Of a stretch of 64,000 nucleotides of DNA, positions 1 to 13,800 are shown in pieces. Position numbers and translations under genes: made by a program. Source of the stretch: Octopus bimaculoides (taxonomy: Eukaryota); the NCBI RefSeq assembly GCF_001194135.2, contig NC_068988.1, positions 92,261,539 through 92,325,538 of the forward strand, read 5' to 3'. Position 1 is the first letter of the stretch; every line of letters begins with the position of its first letter. The notes below the pieces were generated by a model. It saw only the letters and a program-made list of their open reading frames with translations, had not been told where the DNA came from and ran no database searches.

Positions 1-3000
1 GTTATTTCTAGCAGGGCTCCAGGTCAGCTTTGATCGAGCAGCCCTTATGATCATAAATAACCGACCATAATTCAGAAGTATTCCACCTATAATCATTCTG
101 TTCGTTAGTTACTTTTTTGTTCTGTTGACTATATTGTGTCCTTTTTGTATGAAACGTGAGAAATGAAGGAGATTTGGCTGCTATTTCGAGTGAGCTTTCT
201 CATTGGCTCTTGTTGTTCACTCCCTGTTTTAATCACAGCTGTATATCTCGATTACTGCCTATATTCTTGCTTAGTTCCTTTCTATCTTTTACTTGTTTCA
301 GTCATTAGACTGCGCCCATACTGGGGTACTGCCTTGAAGAATTTTAGTCGAACGAATCAACCCCAATACCTATTTTTTTTAAAGCCTGGAACTTATTCTA
401 TCGGGCTATTTTTGCCGAAACGCTAAGTTATGTGGAGGGGGGTACCGATTTTCAAGCAATGGAGGGGGTCACACACGATAGGCTTCTTTCAGTTTCCTTC
501 TACCAAATCTATTTACAAGGCTTTTGCCGGCCCGAGGTTATAGTAATAGACACTTGCCCAAGGTGTCACGTAGTGGGACTGAACCTGGAACCATGTGGTT
601 ACTGCACCTTAGTTTACTAGATAAATCGTCGAAGTTAACAACTCTACATTGCCTCACTTCATATATCTGCTTTGTAACGACAGACTACCATCTTATTAAA
701 TAGTTGATTTATCTCTGTGCTAAGCACTAACATTTAATAAAACCTCAGGAATTTGGAGACCTCAATATATGATGCTCCCAAAGCCCCACCCAATGCGACT
801 TACCCCTACTTCCCCAGCTGACAACAGCCACTACCAGCACACAGTTATTCATCTACTATATCCATCATACATTTTAACCATCATAGTTGTCTTGTATATG
901 CGTATATGTCTCTAACGTTTTCTCAGCCCACACGGGTACATTGAATAGTTTGTCCACAGGCATTTGTTTCTCTAAAAACATTACTCTGCCAAACGCATCA
1001 TAGCATCCAATAGTTAGGTAGGGGAGAGAATCCTATCGTGTTAAACTTTTCATATTGACTATTTAGCTACTAATTTTCCAATAAAACAGCGAAGCTGTAA
1101 CTTCCAAGACTTCACTGTTAATAGCATCGGTGCATTTGGTGCTCTAGACGTGTTAGCTTTCTAACATTCCACCTTGAAATACTGCTACATTTTAACATTC
1201 CTTCCATTGTACCATCTACTCAGTGTTGATGTCATTGTTAATCTTTTCCTTCACACAAAGCATTATTTTGGTTTTGATCAGGGGCTGTGGACTGACAGAA
1301 TCGTTAGAGCGTCGGAAAATATGCCTTGCAGTATTTCTTCAGGCTCTTATGTTCTGAGTTCAAATCCCACCGAGGTCACCTTTGCACTTCATCCTTCCGG
1401 TGGCAATAGAATAAACTATTAGCTTAGTACTGAGGGTGATGGTATCAAATACAACCTTCCCCTCAAAATTGCTTGTTTTTTTCTGAAAGTTATGACCTCC
1501 CAAAGTCTGGGGGGTAAAACCCTGTAGTTATGCCTTTATTCTTTTACTTGCTATAATCACTCGACTGAGGCCATGGTAGGGCACCGCCCTGAAAAGATTC
1601 TTGTCAATCATATCGTCACCAGTACCTATTTTAAAATCTAGTATTAATTTTCAGCTGCACTGCACAGACACCGGTTTTCAAGCGGTGTTAAACATAAACA
1701 CCAAGAAGACCAATGCTCCCTCTATCTCTTTCATGTGAGTGTGTGTGTGTGTGTGTGTTAGAGAAAAACTTGAAGTATGAATTTGATGTACCTTTATTTT
1801 ATCCGTGAAAGGAATACCAGATTCATGCGTACACCATAGCCCTATTCGGATCACATAGAACCCTGTGGGATCATGCACCAGAAGGCGTTGAACGTGATTA
1901 ATATTAAAAGCTGCGACCAAAACGATAATTTAGTCGCGCCCCTTACGCATCCATTTCCACTACTTATAGTTTCCGCCTATCAATTTCACTCAGACCTCGG
2001 CCCGGAACTATAGTAGTTCCAAGCAATGGAAACTACCCCACTTGGTTGCGAAACGAATTTTTTTAAGTGCAAGCCATTTCTGTTTAGTCATCTTCACTTT
2101 CCTTGTATTTTCATTTTCGAATATGTTACTCTCACATCTTAAACTGATTACATCTTACCTAGAACGATTCATTTCCAAACAAGAGACATTCAAATTCAGT
2201 GAGTGTCTTCTGTTTTAAACAACAGTTAATTGACTTGTTTGACAAATTAAATTAAGATGGGTGTAATTGAAACATATTTAACAGTTTCAAATACCAGTAT
2301 GTCAAATGTTTCATCCTTCATTATTTAATCTTATCCGCATCCATCTAAGCCACCCTTCAGCTTTTTTAGCATCCATCTATAACACTCTTCTTGGTTTCTT
2401 GTCTGACAAAACATTCTGCCAGAAACGACACTATTTGTCTTTCCTAAGAACACCGGAACTGTTTCAATTTTGGGGCCTTAATTGCTGATTTTAGCCGACG
2501 TTGATGACCATCGGTCTTTTTGGACTGTTGGCTTTGTAGTCTTGACATAGCTTCATAGTGGATACTGGGGGTTTTTTGCTGTTATTATTCTAAAGTAGAC
2601 GTTATTTTAACGGTGACATTAACGATAATAACGGCGTGATTTGAACTCAGAAGGTAAAGATTCGAAATAAAATACTACAGCGCATTTTGCAACGATTCTG
2701 CGAGTCTACGGCCTTGTCCATTGTTCTAATATACAATTGCATTATTTCTTTTATAGGCCCCGGGCCAAACATTCTGGGTGAGGAAACAATCAAATCTACA
2801 CCAGGTCTTGATTGACACTTTATTTTATAGAGCCCGGAAGAATGAAGGGCAATGTTTGACCTCGATGGAAATCGAAATCAGAACGTAAAGAGCCGCAACG
2901 ATACAATATGGTGCTCTAACGATTCTGCCACTTGCGTCAACATTTGTCTTCCAGCGTTGACAAAAATATGGTCAAGTAATTGGGTTGGTTTAATCGACTG

Positions 3001-3959
3001 GCTTCTTCCTTACATGTTTGTAGCATTGTACCGGTTAGAAACCAGTGCAGAAAATTATAACATTGGTAGACCATTGGAAAAAAATATCTTGAAGTTCAAA
3101 TCCCACCAGGTCAACTTTACCTTTCATTCTTTTCTTGGTCAATTAAGTTAGCTAAGCTCGTACCCTATGTTAAATTCAGAAAATTAACTTGACTGTTACA
3201 AGTCAAGCATGTTCCTTAAGTTAATTTACAGAAAAATAGTTTCAACAAATTAAATGAAGAGTGGGAGCAAGTTAAAATAAAATAGTTCAAATACTAGATT
3301 TGTACTAATGTAGATGAAGCTAGCAATCTCTTTCTTGCGCCCTGGCACACACAAAAAAAAATTCTTCGTCGGTTCCTCACAGCACATTTTAGGTTATCTC
3401 TTTTCTTATCTGAAGAGCTCCGAAGGTTCTGAGAAGTTTTATATTCGTTTTAGATTTATTCTACTGTTATACGTCAGTGACAAGCTACGAAATTGATTAT
3501 GATGAAACCTAATCATTGTTTCATAAAATATATGTCTTTAGCAACAAAATGTTGTAGCTCTAGAGTGCTGAAAATGTAAAATAGATTTTGTGCAGAATTT
3601 TTAACGGTCCAAGAAAAAATCGACTGTGACGCTAAAATAAGCAAGTAACTAACCCTGCACCTACGTAGTAGCACCGAACCAATTGAGGGCGAGTTGCTTG
3701 TAACCAGTCAACCAACCAACCCAATTTAGGGCTTGCAATCAAGCAGCTAACCTTGAATTGGTTAAGTGCAGTACTCGGCTTTTAGTGATCACAGTAAAGA
3801 CTTGTCTCCATCTTGCTGTTTGTGAGTTCAATTGAGGTTTGTCATTTGTTTAATTTGATGCGACAGTGCTGTTTCTAACCATCTACCTACCCACCCACTT
3901 TTACTATTATTTTTTGCTATTATAATTGTATATTAGTTACAAAGGCAGTATTAATACTG

Positions 3960-4430
3960 AGAGGTAATATTTATCCCCCCTTGAATATGGATGTACTGTT
4001 AGAACATACTATACTGCGGTAGCTAACATGAGAGAAACCCTCATATTGGATTTAGGGTACAAAATGCATTCTTGTTTTATATCACTGACAGGGAGATAAA
4101 TCCCTGCCATCGCCAGTGCCAGATCACATGATTTCGACCTTCCTTGGTCTTGTAAATGATGGGTATAGCAGCGATTCATCTTCCCGCCAGCAATATTTAG
4201 AATAACAGTGTCAGAAGAAGCGCCTCTTCCGCTGCTGTCGAGCGTCCATCATTGACAAACCAAAGCAGGTTGAAATCACGTGATCTGATGGTCTCGGCGC
4301 TGAAGGTGGCAGGGGTTTACCTCCCCCTAGCAATATAAACAAGAGTGCATTTTGCACTAAAAGCCGATATGAGAGGTTCTCTCGTGATAACTAGAACACC
4401 CACGTTTAAGTGAAGATAAATATCACCTCT
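3960..4430. mobile_element. ~470-bp imperfect whole-length palindrome (foldback MITE)
   Basis: Successive inverted matches: agaggtaatatttatc/gataaatatcacctct, catgagagaaaccctcatat/atatgagaggttctctcgtg, aaaatgcattcttgttt/aaacaagagtgcatttt, agatcacatgatttc/gaaatcacgtgatct. Confidence 0.8.
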
Positions 4431-4542
4431 TGCTATTATAATTATTCAAAGGTGGATGAGAGTGGCAGGCATGATCCAAGTGAACGGAATGTTCTGAGCA
4501 TGTGTCTGTTAATTGGAGCGAGATAACTGGATGAAAGCTTAC

Positions 4543-5130
4543 CTCAGTAGTTAGGGTGACCGTGGTTTTGTAGGGTCTGCACGAGTAGCCCTCGAAGTTT
4601 TCTCTCTCTCCCTTCTCTTCCCACTGCTGGAGAATTTCCTTTAAATTTTTTTCTCTTGTTTACACATTCTTTATATAAATTCCGCACTACATCATCTGTA
4701 TCGCGGTAAGCTGACAGAATCGTTAGCGCTGTCAAGAGTAGCGTTTGGGTGTTTCATCAAATGCTACGGTAGCTGGTTGAGCTAGTGAATGAAAACGTAT
4801 TTTTCGGGCTGCGTGAAGAAGTGATTGACAACAATCGCAAAGAATTAATAGATTTTATTATTTCACATAGAGTTTTAATTGTTGGTCTTTTACAAATAGC
4901 AATAATTATTGCTATTTGTAAAGAGAGATGGAAAACCGTGTACCGCGTTAAAAGAGGTTATTTATGAGATACTGTGTGAATGTTTAATTTGGTCTGTCGA
5001 AGAACTTGGTGATGTCTGTGTAAATGTCCCTAGCAAATATGGATGCGCATTCCGCCCAACCGACTTTAGTACCCTGCATGGCGAGATTCAAGCTGTGTGA
5101 TTTGGTCAGCCAGTCTCAATACTCTGCCTG
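4543..5130 (-). other. Candidate first exon (5' leader) ending in a consensus splice donor
   Basis: GAG|GTAAGC at 4543/4542. Non-repetitive sequence with a GCCATG-initiated 31-codon ORF (5079-4984) and a perfect 34-bp palindrome (4889-4922). Confidence 0.4.
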
Positions 5131-5151
5131 GAGTTTAGGCGCCAAAAGTGA

Positions 5152-5241
5152 CTTTTATATAGGGCGCAGAGAGTAGATTCAAGAAAATTGAATCACACTG
5201 TGGCTTGACGCTGATTGGTTGTTTAATAGACCGATCACGTG
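5152..5241 (-). promoter_or_regulatory. Candidate RNA polymerase II proximal promoter
   Basis: On the minus strand: CACGTG (5236-41), CCAAT (5218-14) and TATATAAAAG (5161-52), in canonical order and spacing for a start near 5129. Confidence 0.45.
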
Positions 5242-8200
5242 AAACTCATATGGTTTGCTCAGGATGTTTGACTGGCTACCTAGCGATTCGGTTTCGAATC
5301 GCCGCAACAGAGCTTCAGGCAAAATGCCATCTGATATTTTTCACAGCTCTTTTCATGTTCTGATTTCAAATCCTACCGAAATTCTTTCGGGGTCGATAAA
5401 ATAAAGTTACCGGTGAAGGACTTGGATCGATGATATCGGTTAAGACTTCCCTTCAAAATTGCTAGCTTTGTACCTGACTCAGAAACCATTCTTTGATATC
5501 CTTTTGCTCCAGCCTCTTCACAAACGTTTTTTTTTTTCTTTATTAGAAAAAGAGAAATAGGAAAATGTGATGTCCTTTTTTCTTTTTTAGAAAAAAAAGG
5601 TAAGACATTGGTGATATAAGAGAAGCTGTTTCAGCTGAGGTCGGAGACTAGTTTTTCTTTGGGAACTAACGGCCTCAGCATTGCTTTTACTGCTGCTATT
5701 ACTTATGATAATGATGATGATGTAAGAACAAGAACAGTTATGTCTTTTCAACTAGGCGCATAGAAGTATAACCGTTTGATCTCAGTAATAACTTAACCCC
5801 AGCGAGATTTGAACTCATACAACACGAGGCCACAAAACCTCGAGAAGCAAGAGAAGGAAAGAAAAAGGGAGTATTCACATGGCTGCTGTTGTGCGAGAGA
5901 AAGAAGGGGGGGAAGTAAACCAGAAGCGGGAGACTGGTGGATAGGTGAGAGAAGACAGGTGAATGTAGGAAACGGTGATGTGAGAGAGCTGTGTGGGGGG
6001 GGGAGAGAAAGAGTGAAGAACATGGGGGAAGGAAAAAAGGATGTGAGAAGGAGAAGGTGGGGGGAGAAGTAATAAGGTAAGAAAGATTTAAAGCTGCGAT
6101 GGAGCTCTAAATCGCAAACACTGCCGCCTTTCTCCTCTTCTACCTCCTCCTACTCCTCGCACACACGCACGTACGCACGCGCGCACACACATACACACAC
6201 CCAAACCTCCGTTACACATGGAAAGTGGTTTATTTTCCTTCCTGATAAGTTCCAACTCCTTGCTAAATTCCACCAAATTTAACCAATCAACATTGAGTTT
6301 CAAACATTTTCCTGTTCTCTCTGCTACTTTCTTCTCTTTGTTTTCTACTGTCGTCTTTTTTTCTTTTTTAATTATTTCATCCCCCCACCCCCACCCACTT
6401 CTCCTACCGTTTCTCTCCTCTCAGCCTGTACTGAGCAGCAAGAATGTTTTCCATTTCTCGTTATTCATTTATATTTCGCCTGTATTCTTCTCTCATTTTT
6501 TTCCCTACCTCTTTCATTCTCATCATAACAATTATTTCATTCTCTCATTTTATTTTCATCTTTCTTCCTTCCAACACTTTTATCTTGCTTTTTCTTCTTT
6601 TTTTTTTTCTTTCATATCATTTAACTCTCGCATAATTTTCGTCCCTAATTCATTCTCTCATTCCTAATTCCCGTCATCTCTCTTTCATCCCACAATTTTT
6701 GTATGAAATATCAGTCTTTCCACTACTAACATAACCGCTGCTCATCTATTTTGTTCTTGTTAATATTGCATCTGTAAGAAATGAGTCGCAACATATCTAC
6801 TTCAGTCTCATTTTTCATCAACTAATTTGTGTTCCCTTTGTTTAATTCTTTCTCGTCTTTCACCACATGTCTGTCTGTCCTCCCTTGTCTTAACATCATT
6901 TTTCTCTTTTATAATTCAGATACATTGTTTACATCATACGCGCATATCCATCCATCCGTGTGCGTGTGTGTGCTTTATTTCAGTCGAGTCAGTCTCTTAG
7001 TTCTCTGAGTTTCGCTTGTGGAACTTGCCTGGTGACCCCTGTGTACCCATAGGCAAAACTCAAGAGTAGCAAGAGACTCACTGTACTCAAAATAAAACGT
7101 TACTAGTCTCTGTTATGATATTGAGTATTCTTGCTTCCGACAGTCGAATGTGTGTGTGTTGCATATCTTATTGCATTGTGCAGTATTAACGTAAAATAAA
7201 ATCCATTCCAGTTGGGAAATTGAAACCAAGCCAGTGGTCTAGAAGTTATCGCTGCACTACCGCTTGACAGATGCACCCGGCAGTGTCCATCGGTGCACAC
7301 GTATTTAAGTAAACCTACAGTCGAACCTTCTTCCAAAGTTGGTCTTTTAAACATGCATAATTTTGTGGCTCTCAGACCCAGTTACCCAGCGTATCATCTT
7401 TTCATCTCCATTAAATCATTTTTGACAAAAACTATTGTTCCACATCCTATCTATGTAGATTCATTATCCTTCACTAGAAATTCTATCCTCCGAGCAGTTT
7501 TCTCTAAGTTTCTGTGATATTTTATCTTTTACTTATTTTCATGATTGGACTGCGGTCATAATAAGGCATTAAAAAGTTTAGTCAAACAAATCGATCCCAG
7601 CAATTTATTTCTTTTTTGTAAGCCCGGTACATATTCTACCGGTCTTTTTTTTTTTTTTTACCAAACCGCTAAGTTACGGGAACGTAAGCAATGGTGGATG
7701 ACACACACAAATTTATAACCGACAGTTTTCTTTTCGGTTTCCGCTTGCCAAACCCACTGACAAGGCTTTGGTCCGCCCATAGCTATAGTAGAAAATACTT
7801 AACCAAAGTACGATGCTGTAGGACTGAACCCGGATCTATGTGGTTGGGAAGCGAACTTCTTATCACACAACCACGCCTGCATCTAATTATTCGAATTATC
7901 CACTTGACATTATAATGATTTTATAATCTGATCTAGAACAACCCGTGGGGGGGGGGGGTATTTGTCACCAGCTATATAAATTCACAGGTTTTCGGCCTGC
8001 AACTAGTTTGATAAGTGCCAACTCTCGGATCTTGAGTCATTCTTACTTCTGCTAAATATTAATAAAAAAAAAACACACATATACTCATATTTTGAGTTCT
8101 ATTTTTCCTGTTTGCGTCAACATACTTGTCCGTATGTATGTGATAGGACGACATTGTCCAGTGTATTTTTTCTTTAAGATAGTAAAGAGTGAATTTGCTG

Positions 8201-8486
8201 GAAATTTGCAATTTAGCTGCTGTTACTAGTAGGTTGAGCAACTGCATAATGATCTCTTGTTAAGCTCAAAGTAAACGTTACTGTTTTTAAGCTCTATATC
8301 AGCCCTGATTGAACAGAATTGATCTTTGGCTTTAAAACATGATGCAAGGAGTCCCAGCTATGGCTGAGCCGTCTTTTTGTATATCAGGAACTATACTGTA
8401 CAAAATATCCTTTGACATTATTATGATTTTATATGATCTAGAACAACCCAGAAGGAAAAATATTTGTCACCAGCTATATAAATTCA

Positions 8487-8625
8487 CAGAAGTAAGAATG
8501 ACTCAAAGGACGTGACCAGAATGCTTACAACATTCTAGGCTAGTAAAGGTACCGAAGCGCCTCTTTTCATGAAAGTTGTGCGGAGATTTTCGACCTGCAA
8601 CTAGTTTGAGTCATTCTTACTTCTG
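8487..8625. mobile_element. Small MITE with perfect 21-bp TIRs
   Basis: cagaagtaagaatgactcaaa / tttgagtcattcttacttctg. A deleted copy lies at ~7985-8051 and an inverted internal piece at ~9706-9783. Confidence 0.8.
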
Positions 8626-10799
8626 TTAAATATTAATAAAAATACACATATATTCATATTTTGAGTTCTGTTCTTTCGGTTGACTATGTAGAAAACCCTT
8701 GTTGAATACGAAGACCTGCTGACTGACATACATTGAGTCGCCTTTTAGGAGGGAAAATGTTTAGTGGCAAGACGATACTCTTGTCTGCTAGAGAACCTCT
8801 GTATCTGTCTGTCTCTCAACTTCTTTCTTTCAATTACAATTTCATTCTGTTGGAGAAAGAGCTGGTGCCGTATAAAGTATTTGATTTACTTCTGTATTTC
8901 ATTGTCGGAAAGCGGCGAGCTGGCAGAATCGTTAGCGTGTCGGAAATAAAATGCTTAGCCGGTATTTCTTTCAGTTCTTGACGTTCTGAGTTCAGATTTC
9001 AACTTTGCCTTTCATCCTTTTAGGGGTCGATACAATTGGTATCAGTGAAGCATTGCGGTTGATGTAATCGTCTTACTCGCTCCCCTAAAATTGCTCGCCT
9101 CGTACGAAAACTTGAAACAATTATTTCAATGTAAGAAGCCGTATGAGTTATTGGAGGGTATGAAAGATGGTGAGATGAACTGGCAGTGTCTTGATTGCAT
9201 ACATTGATATACTTACATACGTTCCATTGTAACAAGGATTCTTTAACCCGTATTTCCCGTATCACTGTCTTTACGCGACAGAAAGTCCTTTTGATTATAG
9301 ATTTGTTTGTTCAGAGCTAACCTGGTATAGAAGACAGTGGCAACAATAACACACACTCCACACTAACATCTCATTTTATGAACATCCTTCGTACTCCATA
9401 TATTGTTTTACCTTTCTTTTTATATATTATCTCATAATCGCTATAACTTTACTTGACTACTCGTTCAGATGTTTAGTAATTCACTCAGCACTCACACTCA
9501 CACTCACAACATACAGCTTAGGGAATATGTTACTTTTTAAATAAACGCTCAACATTACAAACACACCAATAAATAATACACGTGTGCCATCAAAAATATT
9601 TTGAAAATATACGGACATTGACGAGGCAGACTTTACTATATACACCCACACGCACACACCACAAACTTCATTTTCTGTACCTGGGTCTCAACTACTGCCC
9701 ATAATTTCGCACAACTTTCATGAAAAGAGGCGCTTCGGTACCTTTAATAGCCTAGAATGTTGCAAGCATTCCGGTAACGTCCTCATCTTTTCGTCACATA
9801 TCACCTTCCACCCCAATCAAGGCGAAGGCTGTCCGTAATCCTCTGACAAGGTTATCATTAGTGTTTCTAATTTAAGTAACAATTTAGGAAAGCGAGGTCA
9901 GACAATTACATCGACCCAATACTTGACCGGCATGTTATTTTACAGATCCTGGTGAGATGAAATGTAAAGCTGACCTTATCAAGATCTGAACTTAGAACAT
10001 AGAGCTGGAAGTAACCGCGAGGCATTTTGCCCGACTTTTTAACGATTTTACCAATCCACCATCTATTAAAATATCATAATGGCACGCATGTACCAAACAA
10101 GACTTCACAAGAAAAGCTGGATTTGTTTTCAGAACTAGAAAACCAGTCTTCAACAGCAGTGGCATTACAGTCTACAAAAGTATAAACACGTTATATACAG
10201 GAGAACCACTAAATATTTCACGTGTAATGGGACATTATTCTGTCGAAAGTACATATTCAAGCCGTCTACCTGATCTTTCTTAACATCACAAACACAAGGC
10301 CTTCCATTGGTCGCTTTGGCCAATAAAAGAACCGCTGTATGGTTGTTTGATGTTAGAAATAGCAGTCATACCTCATTCAACTGACATCCGACCAGCTTGG
10401 AAAATGAGATTTGTTTGAATAAACAATGCCCGAAAACAGAACAGGATGACCATGGTTCGAGAGTCTATACTAACGTCAGTGACCTACTCTATCACTCAGT
10501 TCTTCTTCCCAACTCATTAAGCAGAAAATAGTTTTAAATTAAGAAGAACACAAAGAAAATGATAGAATACAAAAGTGATTGGGGTGGTGTTATTTAGCTC
10601 CGAGTCAACCCTTACTGATGGTTGGAATAACGATGCCCGGAGCTAAATAACAATACCACACCAACCAATACTTTATACTAACTTACCATTACACACCACT
10701 CAACACATCAACTCAATATGCCGCATCACTCAACACTTTACAAGCCATCACCATGCACCACCACTCACTAAAGTACTTTCATTCCTCAACTGTAGAGAA

Positions 10800-12266
10800 A
10801 CTACACATTCTCACAACATTCTTTCCTTCTCCTTCTTCTCCATTTTCATCCTCTATCTTTCTTACGTTTTCTTTCTATCTAATTTTGTCTTCCTTTCTTC
10901 CCACTTCTCTACTGTAACTCACTCTCTTTCTCTTCCACTCGTTATTATCCTTTTATATGTCTTTTTCTCCTCTCTCTCTCTCTTCTCTCATACCATTTTA
11001 TTTCTCTCATTCTGATTCACTTTTACTCTTTCCTCCTCCCTTGTACTTGTTTTTTTTTTTTTTTTGGCTCTTCCATCATACATACTTCCTCCCGCCGCAA
11101 ACTTTACCTCTTACTCTTCTCCTCCCTCTCTAGTCTTACTATCTCTTTGTCACTCCTCTACCTTCTTAATCAATACGTCTCTCTACTCTTTACATCTGTC
11201 TCCTCCATTGATTTCCTTCCAATCTGCTGCCTTTTGCTTCCCCTACGCTCTCCTTCCACCCCGGCTCTTTCCCCTCTCACCAGCCTCCTTCCTCCACATT
11301 GTTCTGTCTCCCCTTCACTCAACCTCTATATTCAGCTACCATCTCTTTCCTCCGTAACCATTCACCACTTACTCTTTCTCTCACCCTCATCCTCCCTCCG
11401 TTTTCCACATCTCCATTCCTTCTTCTTTACTTCCCCACTGCCGTAACACTTTATTTCTGGAATTAGTTTCAATTTTATTTTTGTTTTCCTAATTTTGCAC
11501 AGCATCAATACGTACGAGAACGGCATGAACGACACCACAACATCCTACATATCAAACCATTCTTTTCTTCCAGTTTGATCTATAATAGTTTTAACTTCCC
11601 TGATCGGACGAGAACCACCTTCTCCCCTCTTTTTTACACTCACCCTATCCTATTTATTTCATTCCTTTTCTCTCTTTTTCCTCCACATTTTCGTCCTTTT
11701 TTCTGTCTTTAATCTAGCTTGCATTTCCTCTCCCTCTTCAGCTATTCACTTACTCTCTCTCTCTCTCTCTTCTTGTTTTATTCCCCCTCCCCATTAATAC
11801 CACTCCTCCACTCGAATACCCTTCTTGCCGCCCCTCAAATTGTTCTGAGTCTTCTTTACGTCTATCGCCTTCCCCTCTTATACTCTTTCTTACCACTATC
11901 TTCCTCTAGTTCTTTACTCACACCTACTCCTCTCTTATTTTCTTTCCCCTCACTCATCTTTGTACATTTCCTCTATATCTCCCTCTCTCAGTTCTCTTAC
12001 CCTTTCTTTTCTCCTATTCAACTCTGTTCAATCAGTCTTTATTACCCCTCCCCCCTCTGTTTCCTCTCTCTCTCCTCCTCCTCTCGCTACTCAGTATTAC
12101 CCTTCTCAGTGCCTCTGTACCCTCAATGTACCCGACGTCGTGCTGTTTCCTATATACCCCACGCTGTGCTTATAAACCCTCCCCACCTTCACTCGAATAC
12201 GCTACAACAGTTCTGGGGTTACATCGTTACTGTTGTAATGGTGGTGGTGACGACGACGGTAGTGTT

Positions 12267-12305
<39 letters not shown>

Positions 12306-12709
12306 TTGGTGTTGGTGATGCAGCAACATGAATAGTGATTGTGGTGTTGGTAGATTTTATACTTTTGTTGCAGCTACTGTTGTTTATGACTTTCTCAATT
12401 GGCGACGGTGGTCGTAGTAGTAGCAGTAGTAATAGCGATAGCAGTTATAACAGTAGTGGTGATGATGTAGCAACAGTAGTGGATTCAGTCGCTGATTTTT
12501 CAGTTACTGTTTGTCTATATCATAAACGTCTTTATAATCTATAATAGTAGTATTAGTGCTAGCAGTAGTACGTCGCCATGTAACGATGGTGGTGACGATT
12601 ACTGCTGCTTTTAGACTAGATTAGTAATAGTTGGAATAGTATATGTATATATATGCGGTGCCCCAGCATGGCCACAGCTCATGAGCTGAAACTGGATAAA
12701 ATAAAATGA

Positions 12710-12749
<40 letters not shown>

Positions 12750-13800
12750 CGTACACACACATTTATGGTTGGTGCTGTTTATGTTGTAGTAGTGATGGTG
12801 GTGGTGGTGATGGTCAAGCATGTATATTTGTTACTACTGTAAATTGTTTTCTTCTTCACCCTGGAGTAAGGTCTCTATCTACCCAGAGTAACTTCTCTTT
12901 CTCTCTCTCTCCACTCCGGGGTAACACATCACTCACGAAGAAGCAAACGAGGAAACTTCTACGTGTTCACTCGAGCCGATGAGAAATCGCCAAAATCTTC
13001 CTCTTATCATACTCTCTACCTCTAAAATAAAAAGGTACATATTGAACAATATAGTCCTGAAGTACACTGGACAACAAAAAAAAGTATGCCTTTGATTACA
13101 AGCCTGCTTAATCAGGGCTCACCTGAATTTAAACTCTCTCTTTCTCTCCATAGAGAGTAACACATTTCAGCTTTTCGTTCTACCCAGAGTAATAGGTCTC
13201 ACACACTCACGCTTTCTTTTTCTTTCCACACACAACAGTCTTTTCTCACCCGGAGTATCACATCTTTCACTCTCCCTCTCTCGCTACTAACTCATCATCA
13301 TCATCGTCGTCATACTCAACATTCATCCCTTCCTCACTCAGTATTCTTTACTCCTACCACCTCCAGTATAGCAGTATACTACTACTACTACTGTAGCTGT
13401 ACTACATCTAATACTACTGATTTCTCCTCATACCTCAACCACATCAAGCTAACACTCTCACTTTCACTCTTTACTCATATTCCCCTCCTCGCATCACCTC
13501 CAGCCAACCCATAATATTTCCTCACTCAAATACTCTTTTTTCTTTATTCTCTCTCATACTACTACTCTCTCTTTCTCCTATTCATTTCCTCACTCTCACT
13601 ATAACTTCTCCTTCCGTAACACTTATTCAGCCACCATGCTACATCTCTGACATTCCACCCCCACCCATCGACCATCTCTACCATACCGATATTTCTCCCA
13701 CCGCAACTTCCCTCGTATGTTTCTCTCTACACTCACTTTTACTCTCCCCACTTTCACTCCCTACTCTCATTACTCCAACTACTCCCCCCCCTTCAGAAGC
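10800..13800. repeat. Pyrimidine-rich low-complexity tracts and (GTA)n/(GGT)n microsatellites
   Basis: CT-rich degenerate sequence; (GTA)n 12266-12302. Similar tracts at 6200-6900, 19760-20030, 20520-20830, 21260-21600 and 41650-42450. Confidence 0.9.

Noticed and set aside
6218-12544. Long Phe/Leu/Ser-rich or Val-rich ORFs (e.g. 6218-6667, 11064-11446, 11719-12270)
   Set aside because: They are translations of CT-rich low-complexity DNA and (GTA)n repeats, mostly with non-ATG starts and no family motifs. The apparent membrane-protein look is compositional.
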